A DNA stretch of 64,000 nt from the human T2T-CHM13v2.0 reference genome, Homo sapiens, in the NCBI RefSeq assembly GCF_009914755.1, contig NC_060926.1. The stretch is one strand, 5' to 3'. The position numbers and the translations under genes were made by a program. Below the pieces are notes generated by a model, which was not told the DNA's origin, ran no database searches, and saw nothing but the letters and a program-made list of their open reading frames with translations. Positions 1 to 14,149 of this stretch are shown here, one piece after another (positions within the stretch are counted from its first letter, which is position 1; every line of letters starts with the position of its first letter).

Positions 1-100
1 CCATCCTCACAGACATGCTTTGAGGATTAAATAATGTATGTAAAGTCTTAACCCAGTGCCTGGCACGTAGTAGGCTCGAATAATATTAGCTGTTGTTATG
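1..100 (+). mobile_element. MIR SINE, 3' end
   Basis: gaggattaaataatgtatgtaaag...cagtgcctggcacgtagtaggctc...tattagctgttgtt resembles the MIR 3' consensus. Confidence 0.8.
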
Positions 101-2554
101 ACCACTACTGTAAATCCTAAAGATTCTTGGAGGAGAAATCGGGTCTGGAGCACCTTAGCCTCAGGACCACCACTGCTTTTAAAGCAAGGTTGTCCAAAAT
201 AATCTCCCAAGTCTGACTGAATGGCTCACAACATGGATCTGAAACCAAACCCCCATCCCACCCTTGCCCTGACTTTCCAGCCCCCACTCCTGATACACAC
301 ACCCTCCTCCAGGCAGTGTGTGTCTCAGAGCCCGTGGAATTCGAAACTCCATCTGCACAAGGTTCTTCGTCCTCGCCTGAGCGGTACCTGCCCCAGCCCT
401 GCTCAGGAAGCCTCCTCCCCTCGCAGGGCTCTGTCCTCATGGGGCTTGTTCATCAGTAATTGGAGGGTTGTCCAGGGCTTAACGGTTTTGTTAACAGATC
501 ATTTGACTATGAGTGAACCAGGCAAGCGGAAAGATGCCGCAGAGGCCGCTGGACCACCCAGGGATGGTGTCATCCTGGGAGCAGGAGGTGACCCCTGGCT
601 GCCCCAGCCTGCTCAGCAGGGCACAGGCAGAGAGAACCACCCTGGACCCTCTCTCCACGGGGCTGCGGGAGCATATGGGCCTTCAGCCCCAAATCTCCGC
701 TGAGCATCTTCAAGGTCAGAAGCCCTGCTCTGGCCCCAGTTGTCTGACAGGGCCAGAGGTCCCGCTGCCGATGGGGATGAGAGGGCTGTTCAGACGAGAG
801 CCAAGGGTGGGAACATTTCCTTCCTGGGGGCTTCAGGTGATGGTGCTGACCCGTGGCAGGAAGCCAGCTGCCCTGATCCCAGCCGCTGTCTTCCTTCAGG
901 AGCAGCAGGCCCCAGCAGACACCGGCAGGGTAACCCGTGAGGTTCCAGGTCAGTGACACACGGAGGCCACTCAGGGGCTTGAGTCATGTCCCCTCCCTCC
1001 CTGCTGCACCACCAAGTTCTTACTGAGCCATCACGTTGTGGTCTTAGGCACCTCCTGTGCACAGAGCCCACGTGTGGCTTCTCTCCTGAGCCAGGCAAAA
1101 GAAACAGGCAGGGTGCCAACTGCATGCCCCACGTGGTCTGGGTTCCTGTGCACATGAGGCCTGTGGCCATGTCAGGCCCTGGGAGAGAGATGCAAGTCTG
1201 CCCTGGGGGAGCTGGGGAGACCAGGAGGTGCCAGCAATAAGGGCCTCAGGGGCTGGAGAAAAGAGGGGTCAGGTTAGAGCCTGCAGGAAAGTTAAGGGGA
1301 CAGTGAGTGGTTCTACAAATGCCAGATCTTAGGAAAGAATGCTGGAGGGAAGTGCCAGGGACACAGAATTATGATTTTCCAATAGATCCATCTATCATAG
1401 AGTCACACACACACACACGTGTGCACACAGTTTGCAGGGCCTGTCCTGATTTGAGATAGGGTCAGCTAGTGAGTTAAGTACAAAGGCCCAAGCCATCCCT
1501 CTCTCTCAATGCTTGGCACGCCAAGCCCGGGGAGCCTGCTCGGGCTACTTAGCTGACGTCTTAGCCTCATCAGTCAGTGTTTGCTGGGGTAGCAACCCAA
1601 GATCTTGCACAAGAGTCCATCATCTCTGAGGCCATACTGGTCTTGCAAGGTGAAGACCTCCTTGATTCTCAGGGGCTTTGACCTGGGTAGAAAACACTGG
1701 GGGCCATTAACCCCTGACAGGGAAATCAGGTGCACATCCATGGGCCAGAACTTACCTGTGCACGCCGCTTTCTCCTGTCATGACAGGGGTTTAATGTCGA
1801 GTTTCCTGTTGCCTAACCACTATTTAAACATCTGGCATCTGCTGTTTGTGCCAGGAAAAGTATGCCATGCTGGACTGAGCCCTAGAGTTTTCTAGAGGTT
1901 GGGAGGAGTTTTGTGAGAAGGTGAGCCAGGCCATGGCGTGGTATGTGTGCCGCTTGTCCCCATGTGATGGAGAGGGAAGGACATCATGGCACCCCAAATA
2001 GGAAACAAAACTGGAGAAAATGTGGCACAAAACTGGTTCAATGAGAAATGATCTGGTTGAAATTGCATTCCATTCAAGAGCACACTCACTATTCTAGAAA
2101 TGTAAGGGGTAAAAATAATACAAGCAGAGTATTTTAGGAGCATAAAACATTGTGTAAATTGCTTGAAGAAAAAATGGCTGAAAGGTCGCCATCCATTGAA
2201 ATCGTTGTCATTGCCTGTTTTCTTCATGTAACTCTCTTCTTTAAAAAAGAATATATGTTTATATTTTTAAAACATTTGTATTATATCTATGTTCAAGGGA
2301 AGCCCAAGTGTTTTCAGTACACCACAAGGCAAATGCTCCTTCCTTTTACAGTGTCCTGGCAGCCTCTTGGATGACTAAGCACAGACTAAGACTGTGAACA
2401 GTCTGGTTCTGCCCACAGGCCTCTCACTACCTTGCCCTCCCCTCTTGCAAATGACCTCTCGGTGTCATTGCTTAATGCCTCAGACCAAGGTCTACACACA
2501 ATGCCGGTGTGTATTCGTTTTTCACCAACATCAGCAAAGTCAACGCCATGGCTA

Positions 2555-3087
2555 CATCTTAGTCTGCTAGGGCGTGTCTTCCCTGGTCATGCTCCAGCCT
2601 GTCAAGTGCCTTTTAAAGGAACACCAGGTGACAGGCAAGGTGGCCCAGGGAGAGGGATTGTCACCTCCTTGGTCTTGAGCATCACACTGTAGATATTCTG
2701 ACTTTTCATTTTGTGCTGCCATCACAAAATGCCACAAATTGGGTGGCTTAAACAACAGAAATGTATTTTCTCACAGTTTTGCAGGCTGGAAGTCCAACAT
2801 AAAGGTGCAGGCAGGGTTGGCTTCTGGTGAGGCCTCGATTCTTGGCTTGCAAACAGCCGCCTTCTCACTGTATCCTCACATGGCCTTTCCTCTGTGCATG
2901 AACACTCCTGGTGTCTCTTCCTCTTCTTAGAAGGACAGCAGTCCGACTGGGTTAGGGACCCACCCTATGACCTCATTTAACCTTAATTTCCTCTTTAAAG
3001 GCCCTTTCTCCAGATACAATCACATTGGGGATTAGGGCTTCAACACAGGAATTTGGGGTAGGAGGGGACACATTTCAGTCCGTAACA
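2555..3087 (-). mobile_element. MaLR solo LTR (MLT1A/A0-like), interrupted by a ~140-bp insert
   Basis: tcttagtctgctagggc // tgccatcacaaaatgccacaaattgggtggcttaaacaacagaa ... ttcagtccgtaaca. Near-TSD ggcta/gtcta. Confidence 0.85.
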
Positions 3088-3329
3088 GTCTACAAGTCTG
3101 TCTAGTTGGCAAATGGAAAGGGTAGCCCCTCACAAGGCACAGTTCCCATGTAGTTACAATGTCTGCCTTCTACCTGTGGGTGTTTTCAGTGATTCGCTTG
3201 AACATTTTCATAAATGCACTTTTGCCATTTTTATCCTGGTTTAGCTACAGGCTGCTCCCTCTGCTTTGTTAACTAAGCATTGGATATATTTCCCATGATT
3301 AGCATCATCCATACTTGGGGTTAATTGTT

Positions 3330-3745
3330 TTTCCATAGAACTTTCATGCTGGGAGGGAACCTACCGTCACCACTGGGAACTAAGCAGGAACCACCGATCG
3401 CTAGACAGTTTGTCCTGTTAAATGGTTAAGAGCTGTCTCTTCGTGTAACTTCCATGGCCCTGCCCTCTGGAGCCATCCAGAGCAAAGCTGGTCCCTGTTC
3501 TACATGACAGCCCTTCAGCTTTTGGAGGACGGCAGAATTTCCTTTTCTCCAAACCAAAGATCTCCAGTGGCCTCAGCTGCTCATCCTGTGAAGATTCCCT
3601 TTACCATGTGTATGTCCTCCCTGGTCATGCTCCAGCCTGTCAAGTGCCTCTTAAAGGGATACCAGGTGACAGGCAAGGTGGCCCAGGGAGACGGACTGTC
3701 ACCTCCTTGGTCTTGAGCATCACACTGCAGATATTCTAACTTTTC
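3330..3745 (-). mobile_element. L3/CR1 LINE fragment
   Basis: catagaactttcatgctgggagggaacc...tgccctctggagcc...acatgacagcccttcagcttttggaggac...tcttaaag resembles antisense CR1/L3. Confidence 0.6.
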
Positions 3746-4933
3746 TATAATAATTGTGGCTTATTTGGTTAAAACACACGTTTATACACGCAGAGATATA
3801 TGAATATACACTTAAACTTCCAAATGAAGCGAAAAGAGAAAAAATTGTCTCCAGAGTCCTGCTGTCCACTCGGCTGATTTCTTTGGTGTCCCCACCTCCT
3901 CCTTTTTATCAGGATCGAGATTGTTGGTCATTCCTTTTTGTAGACACCCCCAGCCCCACCTTCATTCCAGCAGCTTTTTGCCCCTAACTTGGGAGCAAGC
4001 GAACTTTCTGAATTTTTAAATTATTTCCTTTTGAAGTCTAGGAGGTAGGTGTGTCTCAGCCCACCTACCCTACCCCCATGCCCCAGCCGTGCACGCTGAA
4101 GCAACTCACCGCCTTCCTCTCTGCTGATGGGAATTTACTCCCGAGCAGCAACCCGTCTGCTCCGTTCAAACCCTTCTGCCTCCCTCGTTTACCACCATAG
4201 TGAATGTCAGAGTAGGATGCTACCTACAGTCAGCCAGGAAAACCTCACTTTACAGGTGGGGAAGCTGAGGCTCAGAGGTATCACCTAGCTATCACATTTC
4301 CCCCAGAAACTGTCACTAGAAAGCTCCCTGTGAAACCACCCCTATTCCATGGTGCCCTGTGGAATTGCTTCATTTGCTGCTAGGAGTTGTCCATCTGAGA
4401 CCTCTTCTTTCCTCCCACAGACCAAGAACTCTACAGGGACAAGCCCAGCATCTGCATGGGCCGCACTGGGCCAGCTCTTAAGCCTCTCCAAGCTTGCCCA
4501 TGTGGTGCACGCTGCCAGCCTCTGGGATCAGAGCAGCACATCCCACCGGGAGCCCTCTGTACTCAGTGGCAGCTCCACAAGGAATGAATGGGAGGAAGAA
4601 CAGGGACAAGACACGCACCACTCACAGGGGCCGAGTCATACATGACGCACACAGGCAAGGTCAGCCAGGGCCACAGAGGATGATTTGATGAGGGAGGAGA
4701 CATCATCCCAAAAGGAGAGGAAAAGGTGACAAGGGCAAACTCTGACTCGAGAATATGGGAGCCCCCACCCCATCACTTCCCATGGTCAGGGGCTTCTCTG
4801 GAATTCCTGCTTGGCAAACTCTCCTGGGCAGATTTCCACCCTCCAGGTCTCTACAAATATCAGATGAGTGTTTTTTGTGGTGACAGTGGTTTTCAAAAAC
4901 GACTCTTATATCCTGGTTAAATTGCCCAGCTTC

Positions 4934-5240
<307 letters not shown>

Positions 5241-8200
5241 CTAAATCACCCAGCTCCTTCCTGGGAGCCTGAACACCTAGTCAGCTATGTTTCTCCAGTG
5301 GAGTCCAGAGCACCTTCGAGAGCCAGAACCTGGCCCAGTTAGCATCCCCGGCTTTCCTTGCTTTCTTTTCAAACCCCAAATAGAACCTGTTGCTGCAGAC
5401 CTCACACGCCCCTCAGTTTAGGAATTGCCATGGTGATTCTGAAGGCTCCTAATCCATCTGCTCATGTGAACAGGCAGGTTTCAGGAATTGATTGATCCAA
5501 AAATAATTTCTATATTTTCAGTCTTTCTTTTATATGGAGATATTCATTACCTTCAAGATTCCTCTCCCAGAAAGCAGAGATGTGGATGTGTGGCCTCCCC
5601 CTGGGTCTTTGTAGTAATGGTGCCGCCTGAGGATTTGAAGCTGGCCCTGCTGTTGGTCTTGGGCTGGGGTCGGGAGTGCCATTCCAGGGAAGCCGGTGGG
5701 CAGGGCTGGGAGATGCAGCCTTCTCTTCCAGAAGGGAACAGAGGTGGGGGGGGGGTGGGTGGATGTTTTGTATGTGCCTACCACTTTATATTCATTGTAT
5801 ATTCACCCCGTATTTATGTATTCCTTGCATCTGCCCTGAGAGGCAGAGTCATGGATGGAAAACCAAGGCCTGGCTTAAGACCCTGCCCAGGTATAGCTGG
5901 TAACGTGAGAGTCATTCTCAAGACTGCCTGCCTCCAGTGCCCATACCCTTTCCGCCACACCACACCTTGGGGCTTGCTGTTGTAGCCTGTGTGGTCACTA
6001 GGCATGTCTGGGCTAAGGACGGGCAAGTCCCACAAGTGGCTGTTTCGTGTCTCCTGCAGTCTCCTGGCTGATACTTCTCTGTATAAGCTGGTGATTCTTG
6101 GGCTCTTTCCTCATCTCCAAAACCGTTGTTGGGATGGCTGGGTGGATGGATGGGTGGGTAGGTAGATGGAATTCCCAAAGTAACACAAGGGGCATTGGGC
6201 CATTTGAGGAAGCTGCAGACAGAGCACTGGCCACCACCAAAGCCACTGGAGCTTGGGAGTCAGGCGGCCCTGGGGAGTCCTTGCTGTTGCTGCGTCTCCC
6301 ACACCTTAATCAGAGCATCGCCAATGCAATAAAGTTAATGGAGCCAGTCATCCTATGAAGGAGCCAATTCCGTGCAAAGATGATACATCTTTGAAGTTGA
6401 TGAGGCCTATTAATTGAGCTTATGCCCTTTAAAATGAATTAGATTCTTGAAATCTACCACACAGCAGTACATCCATTTAGTGTTTCTGTCACCGAGGAAT
6501 GAGGAGCCACCAGCACAGAGCTATAGGAACTGTCTTCCTGCTGACATCTAGCATGGCCTACGGCTCCTTGGGAGCTCCACAGATGTCATGCCTGGCCAGC
6601 CATTCTTGTTCTTAGCAAATTCCCCAAATCGGCATAAATAGCTCCAGGAAGAAAGTGATACCGATGATCCATGGGCCTCTGGAAGCGCATCCAGCCAGCC
6701 CTCAGCCATTAGCCCCTACCTCAGGATCAGTTAGCAGAGATGCACAAGAATACAGCTAGACTGCCAGCACTTCAAAAATGGCCACTGCACAGGTGGAACT
6801 GGTGCAGGGTGGTCCCCGGGCTCCAGTAGGGTAAGCAGACATGGTTTCCAGGAGGTGTGTAGACCTGGAACTGACTGAGCAGAGTGAGTGCAGTCAGTGA
6901 GCTCAGTCAGTGACTGAGCAGATCTGACTGCAGCCTGAACGGGAATCATCACGCGGCATCCCCTGGACCCCCAAAGATGCACCGAAGCTCTGCTCAGTCT
7001 CAGACTCCTCCCAGTTACCACCACTCGCAGTTGCTTAAGAGCACAAAGTGGCACTTGTTTTGCCCACAGAACATCTGCTGAAGACAAAACTTGTGTTTAT
7101 AGCTCTTCACTTCAAAAGACTGGCCGTGTTATAAAAAGAAAGGGACCATCTGTCCCTCTTCTGGACCCCAGCGCCTCTTGGAAGAGATTTCTGTGCAAGA
7201 AGGCAGTGAGAAGTCAGCGTCGACTTCAGGGAACTATTTTGGGGCCGGAAAAGAATAGTGCCTACCCGCCAAGGGGACCGTCGCCGGCAGATGAAAGCCA
7301 GCTTTGAGGAGGCCATGCGATGGGAGATGCTGGCCCGGAGGAGGTGGGCTGTGCGCCAATGATGCTGCCCAGATATTCCAGCAGAGCAGAGACCCCAGAG
7401 CAGAGAACCAACTGGCAGGACCGAGGGATGTGAGGGAAGGCGAAGGGGAAGGGCTGTGAGGCACTGCAGCTCCCAGGAGCAGGCATGAGAAATGTCAGCA
7501 ACAGCTTGCTGCCACGCAGAGTCAGATATCATGTTTGCATCACCCATGTGCGTTCCTTCACCCGACTTCTGGGGCCATTCTTATCTGCAAGGCCCCTTAG
7601 GGCAGTTCTGCCTCTTGGGAACACCTTAGGCTGAGTGATCGCCTTCCCGTGGCTGAGAGCTGAGAAGTTCTTCCAGACTGCACAGGTGTCCGGTCTGTCT
7701 GTGATGCCCGCTTAAGACTCATCTGCCTTAAGCCCCTGGGCACCAATATAGAAAAGTCATGTGAGTCCAGGAGAAGCTGGGCGGAGGTGAGGTGGAGCCA
7801 GGATTAGCACGGGGTGGGGCCTGCAGAGGGGAGGAATTTCCCAGGCTTCCTGGCCGGCATCTCCCAGGCTGAGCATCTTCCAGACTGAAACTCCCTAAGA
7901 AGGGCTTGGCCCTCCCCGCCTGCACGGTGTTTCATCGGTTTGGAACAGTCCTGTTTCCTTCCCCTCCCCTCGTCCCCAACAGGAAAAAAAAAAAAAAAAA
8001 AACTGGTTTCTACCATCATCCATGCACATTCCAGAAATCTTTGGTCTGTGAACCTCTAGTCTTAGGGCTTACTTTGTTTCAGATCAAAACCTGCTTCTGT
8101 CCTAGGGTGGAAATGGGGGTTTGGGGAGTAGAGGCCAGAAGTGGGGTCCTCTGAGGACACCCCTTACTCCCTTTTCCTGCTTGTCTCTGACAAGGCACCC

Positions 8201-10099
8201 CTGCCAGCTCTTCCTGGGCCGAATGAATTTGAGAGCTTCCTGAGGAAGGTTTGCAAATTTTCAGTGGCATCCTTAAATGTACGGAATTCCCCCAACCCGG
8301 GCACATGCATTTAGATTCTGAGGACGAAGGCAGTTCGTGATGTAGCGTATTCAAGGCTCTCAGAATCCTAAAAGGTCACAGTCCTTTTATTCTTGCCTCT
8401 TTTCACTTCTTTACTGTTCTTATTGATTTATTTGGGCACATAAGAAAACACAGTAGGCAAAGCCCACTACTTCTATTGAAATAAAGTATTCTGCAGTCAA
8501 ACCACACACCATAAAGAAATAATTGCAGTCTGTATATATTGCTAATGGACATCTCTCAGCAATTCCCTGTCTCATAAGCTTTAAACACAGACATTAGTAT
8601 AAATATGCAGAAATCCCCATTCGGGCAAATTACTCTGCATTTCTGAATGGAAGGAAGATTAACCATGTGCTGATATCAAGCTTTGAAGGAGCCCAGCAGA
8701 GCAGAAAGAATTCACTGGCCCTCTCTGGGAGGGAGGTTGGGACTCCCTGAGAGAGTTTTGGCTGGCATCTCCTCACCCCCTGGGCCCAGTGCTCCCCCAG
8801 AGCACTGAGAGCTGTGCCTCGGGAGTGGGGGACCGGCCTCGCCTAAGAAGGCTGGTTGGTCACCGGGATGTATTTGCTGAGCCTTCCGGGCTCCTGAGGC
8901 TCTGGCAGGAGCAGGAGCAGGAAGGCTGAAGGTGGATGCTTTGGCCTGGCCTCTCAGCTGCCTGACAGAAGCCCTTAGGGGTGGTCCAGGCCTCTGAGGC
9001 CAATGGGCTTTGCGGAGCCACGGGGCAGTTCGTGGAGCCAGCTGGCTGTGCGTCTCAGCCCCTCAAGCTCCATGGCACCCAGAACAGCCTGTGAGCTCCC
9101 TTTCTCTGTCCCTTCTCCATGCTTGGCCCTCCTCCCTCCTCCCTCTCCTGCCCACTCCTCCTCCTCTTCCCATCCTTCCTCTACCCTCCTCCCCATTGTC
9201 CTCCCCCACCCTACTCACACCCTTCAAGGGTCCCACCCTCCTCCACCAAGGCCAGCTCCAGGGTGGGGGCCTCCACCTTGCGGAGCTCCCAGCCTGTGCC
9301 ACCAGAGCCGAAGCCCTGCCTGAGCGTCATGGGCTTGTGAGGAAAACCCCCTGAGCCCTGGACACCAGGGTGGGGAAGATGCCCCCGTCAGCACAGGCTG
9401 CTAAGTCTGGGGCTGACAGGGTGACAAGATCTGGCCTCACCAATTGCTGATTAGAGGGGGGCAGCAGATTAGAGGGCAGGCAGCCTCATTCGGGCTCCCC
9501 ACAAGGCTCACAGAAGCACCCCCCAGCTGCTCAGCACAGGCCCCACGTCCCCTTGACACTGGCCGTGGCTCCTCTGCCCAGAGGCATGAGGCTCCGTTCT
9601 TCTGGGCCGAAGCAGTCTGGAGGGGAAGGGGAGGTGGCCGTCCATCAGGGGCCATCTCGTTGTCTGTCATGGGAGGTGAATGATGAGCCAGTCAGGGGCC
9701 GCCGCTGCCAAGAGGCCTTCCGGTTGTTGAGTTTGTGTCCGCCCACCTTTCCCACAGCGGAATTGAGTGCAGAGGCAGAGGAACTCACACTGACATGCTG
9801 ACGCAGAGGAAAGGGGACTTTGGCCTCTGGGAGCTGAAGCCACAGCCTCACTGCCTTGCGCCGCTCAAATTGCTGGGCCGGTCAGAGGGCCTGGGAACCA
9901 GGTCTCCTCAGGAGAGACCCGTGAGGCCCAGAGTATCTGTGACATCCCGGTTTTCTGGTCAGAATTCGGAGGCCCCAGCCTCAGCGTGGAAGAGTAAGCC
10001 TCTCCTCAGCTCACCCCAGCGCAGCACAGCCTTCACTCACTCTCCCCACCACCCAGCATCTTGATGGTCTATTTTCATGTCTGTCTCCCCCACTCAACT

Positions 10100-10282
10100 G
10101 TGAGTGACTTTAGAACACCCCCGCTGCTGACCGATTTAGCAACTGTGGATGAAATGTAAAAAGGTACCCTTTTCTAGGACCCTTGCTGCCACCTACCAGA
10201 AAATTGTCATAACGAAGGAAACCTAGGATGTGCGGGAGCTGAATGGTACCCCCTGGAGTTGTGCAGTGTGCAACTTGAGCAA
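10100..10282 (-). mobile_element. MER91-like hAT-Tip100 DNA transposon relic
   Basis: ccccctggagttgtgcagtgtgcaacttgagcaacc...gcggcgctg resembles the MER91 terminus. Confidence 0.55.
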
Positions 10283-10284
10283 CC

Positions 10285-10500
10285 CGTCCGCAGCGGCGCT
10301 GGGGGACTTACTGAGCTTATTACCTTCCAGACACTCTTCTAGCATGTTGCATATGTTGACCCATTTAATTCTTACAACTCTGAAGTAGGTATGTTCATGA
10401 CCTCCGTTTACAGAGGAGGAAACTTCGGTTCAGAAATGTGAAGTAACTTTCCCATGCTTACCCAGTGGGTCAGTGGGTGGACACCAGGCAGTTGAGTGTC
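10285..10500 (-). mobile_element. MIR SINE
   Basis: catttaattcttacaactctgaagtagg...cgtttacagaggaggaaact..ggttcagaaatgtgaagtaact core. Confidence 0.8.
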
Positions 10501-11621
10501 AGCAGGGTCCTCAGCCCCAGAGCCTTGTCCTCAACCTCATCTTCACTTCCATTCTCAGCGCCGAGTCCCGGATCTGGCTATGTGAGTGCTTGGCAGGTGC
10601 GTGTCCAGCGTGAGGACAGAGGAGGGGCCTGGCTTCGGCTCAGTTCAGCTCCCGCTTCCCCCACCATTGAACCTGTTTCCCCATTTGGAAAATGAGCAGC
10701 TGGTCCCAGATCAGAGGAGGTACCCTCACTCATACCCAACTGTGCCCAGGGCTAAAGAGCTCTGAGCCTCCCCATGAGATCATCCAGCCCACCAGGCTTC
10801 CTCCCCAGGGCCTCCTGCAGCCAGGCCCTCCTCCAGGCCTGGCCAGCCTCTGTGGTCTCAGTTCTCCCTCCCACCCCTCAGGGTTCCCTGGGTGGCGTGC
10901 TGCCTCCTCATCTTCTCCAGCCTCCATGGTCAGAGCAATCTTCCTAACGCACCACCTGGCCAGGCCCTCCCCTGCTTGGAGCCCTTCAGGGGTCCTCCTT
11001 TCTCACTAAGCCCCTCACCTGTTGCTCAGGCCACCTGTGCACCACAGCACTGCACCTGCTCACAGTGCCCCTCACACCACCCCTATCTAGACCTATCTTT
11101 AGCCTGTTCCTCCTCCAGAAAACTTCCCTGGACCCCCACACCATGTGGAAGCCACCAGGCCCAAGTGCCAGCCTAGGGCAGACAGGTCTCTTCTCTGTGA
11201 CTCACTCTTCTCTCCAAGGTGGAGGGTCTTGGGGTCATGGCCTGGGCCAGAGACCAGGCAGGCATGGACCACCCCCTGCCTCACCAACTGAAAGACAGTT
11301 TGCTGACATCACACCTGGCTTTACGTAAGGTGGCTTAGGTCACCTCAGCTCCCTGTTGCTTCCCCCTCAGCCTGTCTCTTCTGATTTACACAGGTGCTCT
11401 CACCAGAGCCAAGGCAGCTTGCCCTCCCTGGGAAAGTCAAGTGTGGGCTTATCAGGGTTCCCAGCCACCATCCCTGGACCCCCTGCAGCTGCCAAATGGA
11501 AACCAGAGCTTCCACATGAGGAGCTGCCAAAAACAGGTGTTCAAGCCCCGCCAGAGAGGCCTGAGGAGGCAGGAGAATTCCAGGAAGGGGAACACTCTGT
11601 CCCAACAAGAGTTGGTTCTCA

Positions 11622-12092
<471 letters not shown>

Positions 12093-12109
12093 GAGAGAGA
12101 GAGAGAGAA

Positions 12110-12444
<335 letters not shown>

Positions 12445-12959
12445 TCAGAAGGTCCCAGGCTCCTGACAAGGCGCCAGCTGTATCCCCACCCCCAGACAGA
12501 CCGCATCTGCACACCTGGCATAGCCTCCCCCTGCGTTCATCACAGGGCCAGGCCCCTGCCCTGCTGAGCTGCACCTGGGGCTGGGCCCGAACCCCTCCTG
12601 GCATGGGCAGTGGCAGAGGGAACAAGAGTATGTAATCCTGCTCCTGGGACCAGGTCAGTTATCTGGAAGGACATGGCTTTACTCGTGGCCGAGTAGAGGT
12701 GCCCCCACAGTGCCCCTGGGCACTTGTCCTGGGAAGAATCTCCAAACCCATGAGCAACCCCCAGGCCCACTGGGAAGAGGGGAAGAGAGATGATGAGTCA
12801 CTGAGGCTTGAGGCCCTGAAAAGCTATTTGCTGGGAGCTCTGGAGCCAACTGCCCCCAAATGCATGCTCGAGAACATCTCTCTATGGCTGCCCTGCACTC
12901 CTGAGCCAGCCAAACGGTGCCTGCCCTTGTATAGGAGGAGACCCTGGGCAGGTCGCCAG

Positions 12960-13070
12960 GTATCCTCTAGAATCCATGCTCCAAGGGGACAGCCAGTTGC
13001 TGTATCCAGCGCTTGGCACATGGTAGATGCTCAGTAAACACTTTTTGAGTGTATGAGTGAATGAATAGCT
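12960..13070 (+). mobile_element. L2 LINE, 3' end
   Basis: cttggcacatggtagatgctcagtaaaca...gagtgaatgaat. Confidence 0.65.
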
Positions 13071-13929
13071 CCAGCTGAAAGGATGAGTGCTGCCCACAGT
13101 ACTGAAGCACAAGCTCCAGGTGCTCTGTAGGCATCAGAGCAGGGAGGGTAGAACCCAGGAGGATGGGGCAGCTCCAGCAAGGGTGCAGAGGGGGCTCTCT
13201 GGGCTCCTAGGGGGTCTTTCAGCAAAAGTAATGCTGAAAAATTTTGACTTACAGTGATCAGCTTCAATGGTCTTAACACAAACTTCATCTCAGTTTTTCT
13301 GCCCTCTCACATCGTCTCGTCTAGATATTTTTGTAGGATTTAACCCTACCGTCTTACTATCGCCCACCAACCATAGGAAATTCCCTTTTTGATGGATCTT
13401 TGCTCTGTGCAGGGCCACGTCGTGTTCTGAGCAGTGATCAAGTGTTCCTCTTTCTCCTGGAGGCATTTGTTGTTTGTTGATCAATAGATGGTGGGGGCTT
13501 TGGCCAAGATAAGCCTTTGGCCATGCGAGGCCTTGACAGTTTCTAGGACTGCAGCTTCTGCTCTCTGGCAGTTGAGTTCACCAGCCCCTCCTGGGGTTCC
13601 AGCCCCTCCTGGTGGGCGCTTCTGGCCTTCCCTCCCTCCCCAAAGGCAAGAGGCCCCCTTACCACCTGAGGAGAGAGCCCTGCCCGGCCCCCACTTCCAG
13701 ATCCCCCTGGGTTTTGCCTTGGCTCCTCCAAGGGGTCTGCCCCTCCCAGGGGTCCCACCCAGCTCACCTCCCGAGCCACCTCTCCCCAGCCTGGGCCCAC
13801 CTACAGACTGTCTATGGTGCTCCTTGGACTTGGGCTTTACCTTCCCAGGGAACCCCTAAATCTTCCTGGGCCCCGAGCCTGACTGCCTGGGGAAGGGTGA
13901 GCAGGAAGCAATGAAACACAGCGGTGGGT

Positions 13930-14110
13930 TGAAAGCCGTAAATGCAAGGCTTTGAATTAAGCAGAACCGGATTCAAATCTCCACTCTGCCACTCACTCGC
14001 TGTGTGGCCTGGGACCAGTGACTCTCTGCGCCTCATTTTCCTGGCCTGTACAATGGGGGCAATCTGTCATAGAGCTGCCCTGAGGATTCCAAGAGTGGAT
14101 CTCATCAGCG
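13930..14110 (+). mobile_element. MIR SINE
   Basis: ggattcaaatctccactctgccactcactcgctgtgtggcctggg...ctctctgcgcctcattttcc..ctgtacaatggg. Confidence 0.8.
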
Positions 14111-14149
14111 GTCTCCGAGAGGGTGGCAGGTGGGAGGAGGCGTTTCAAA

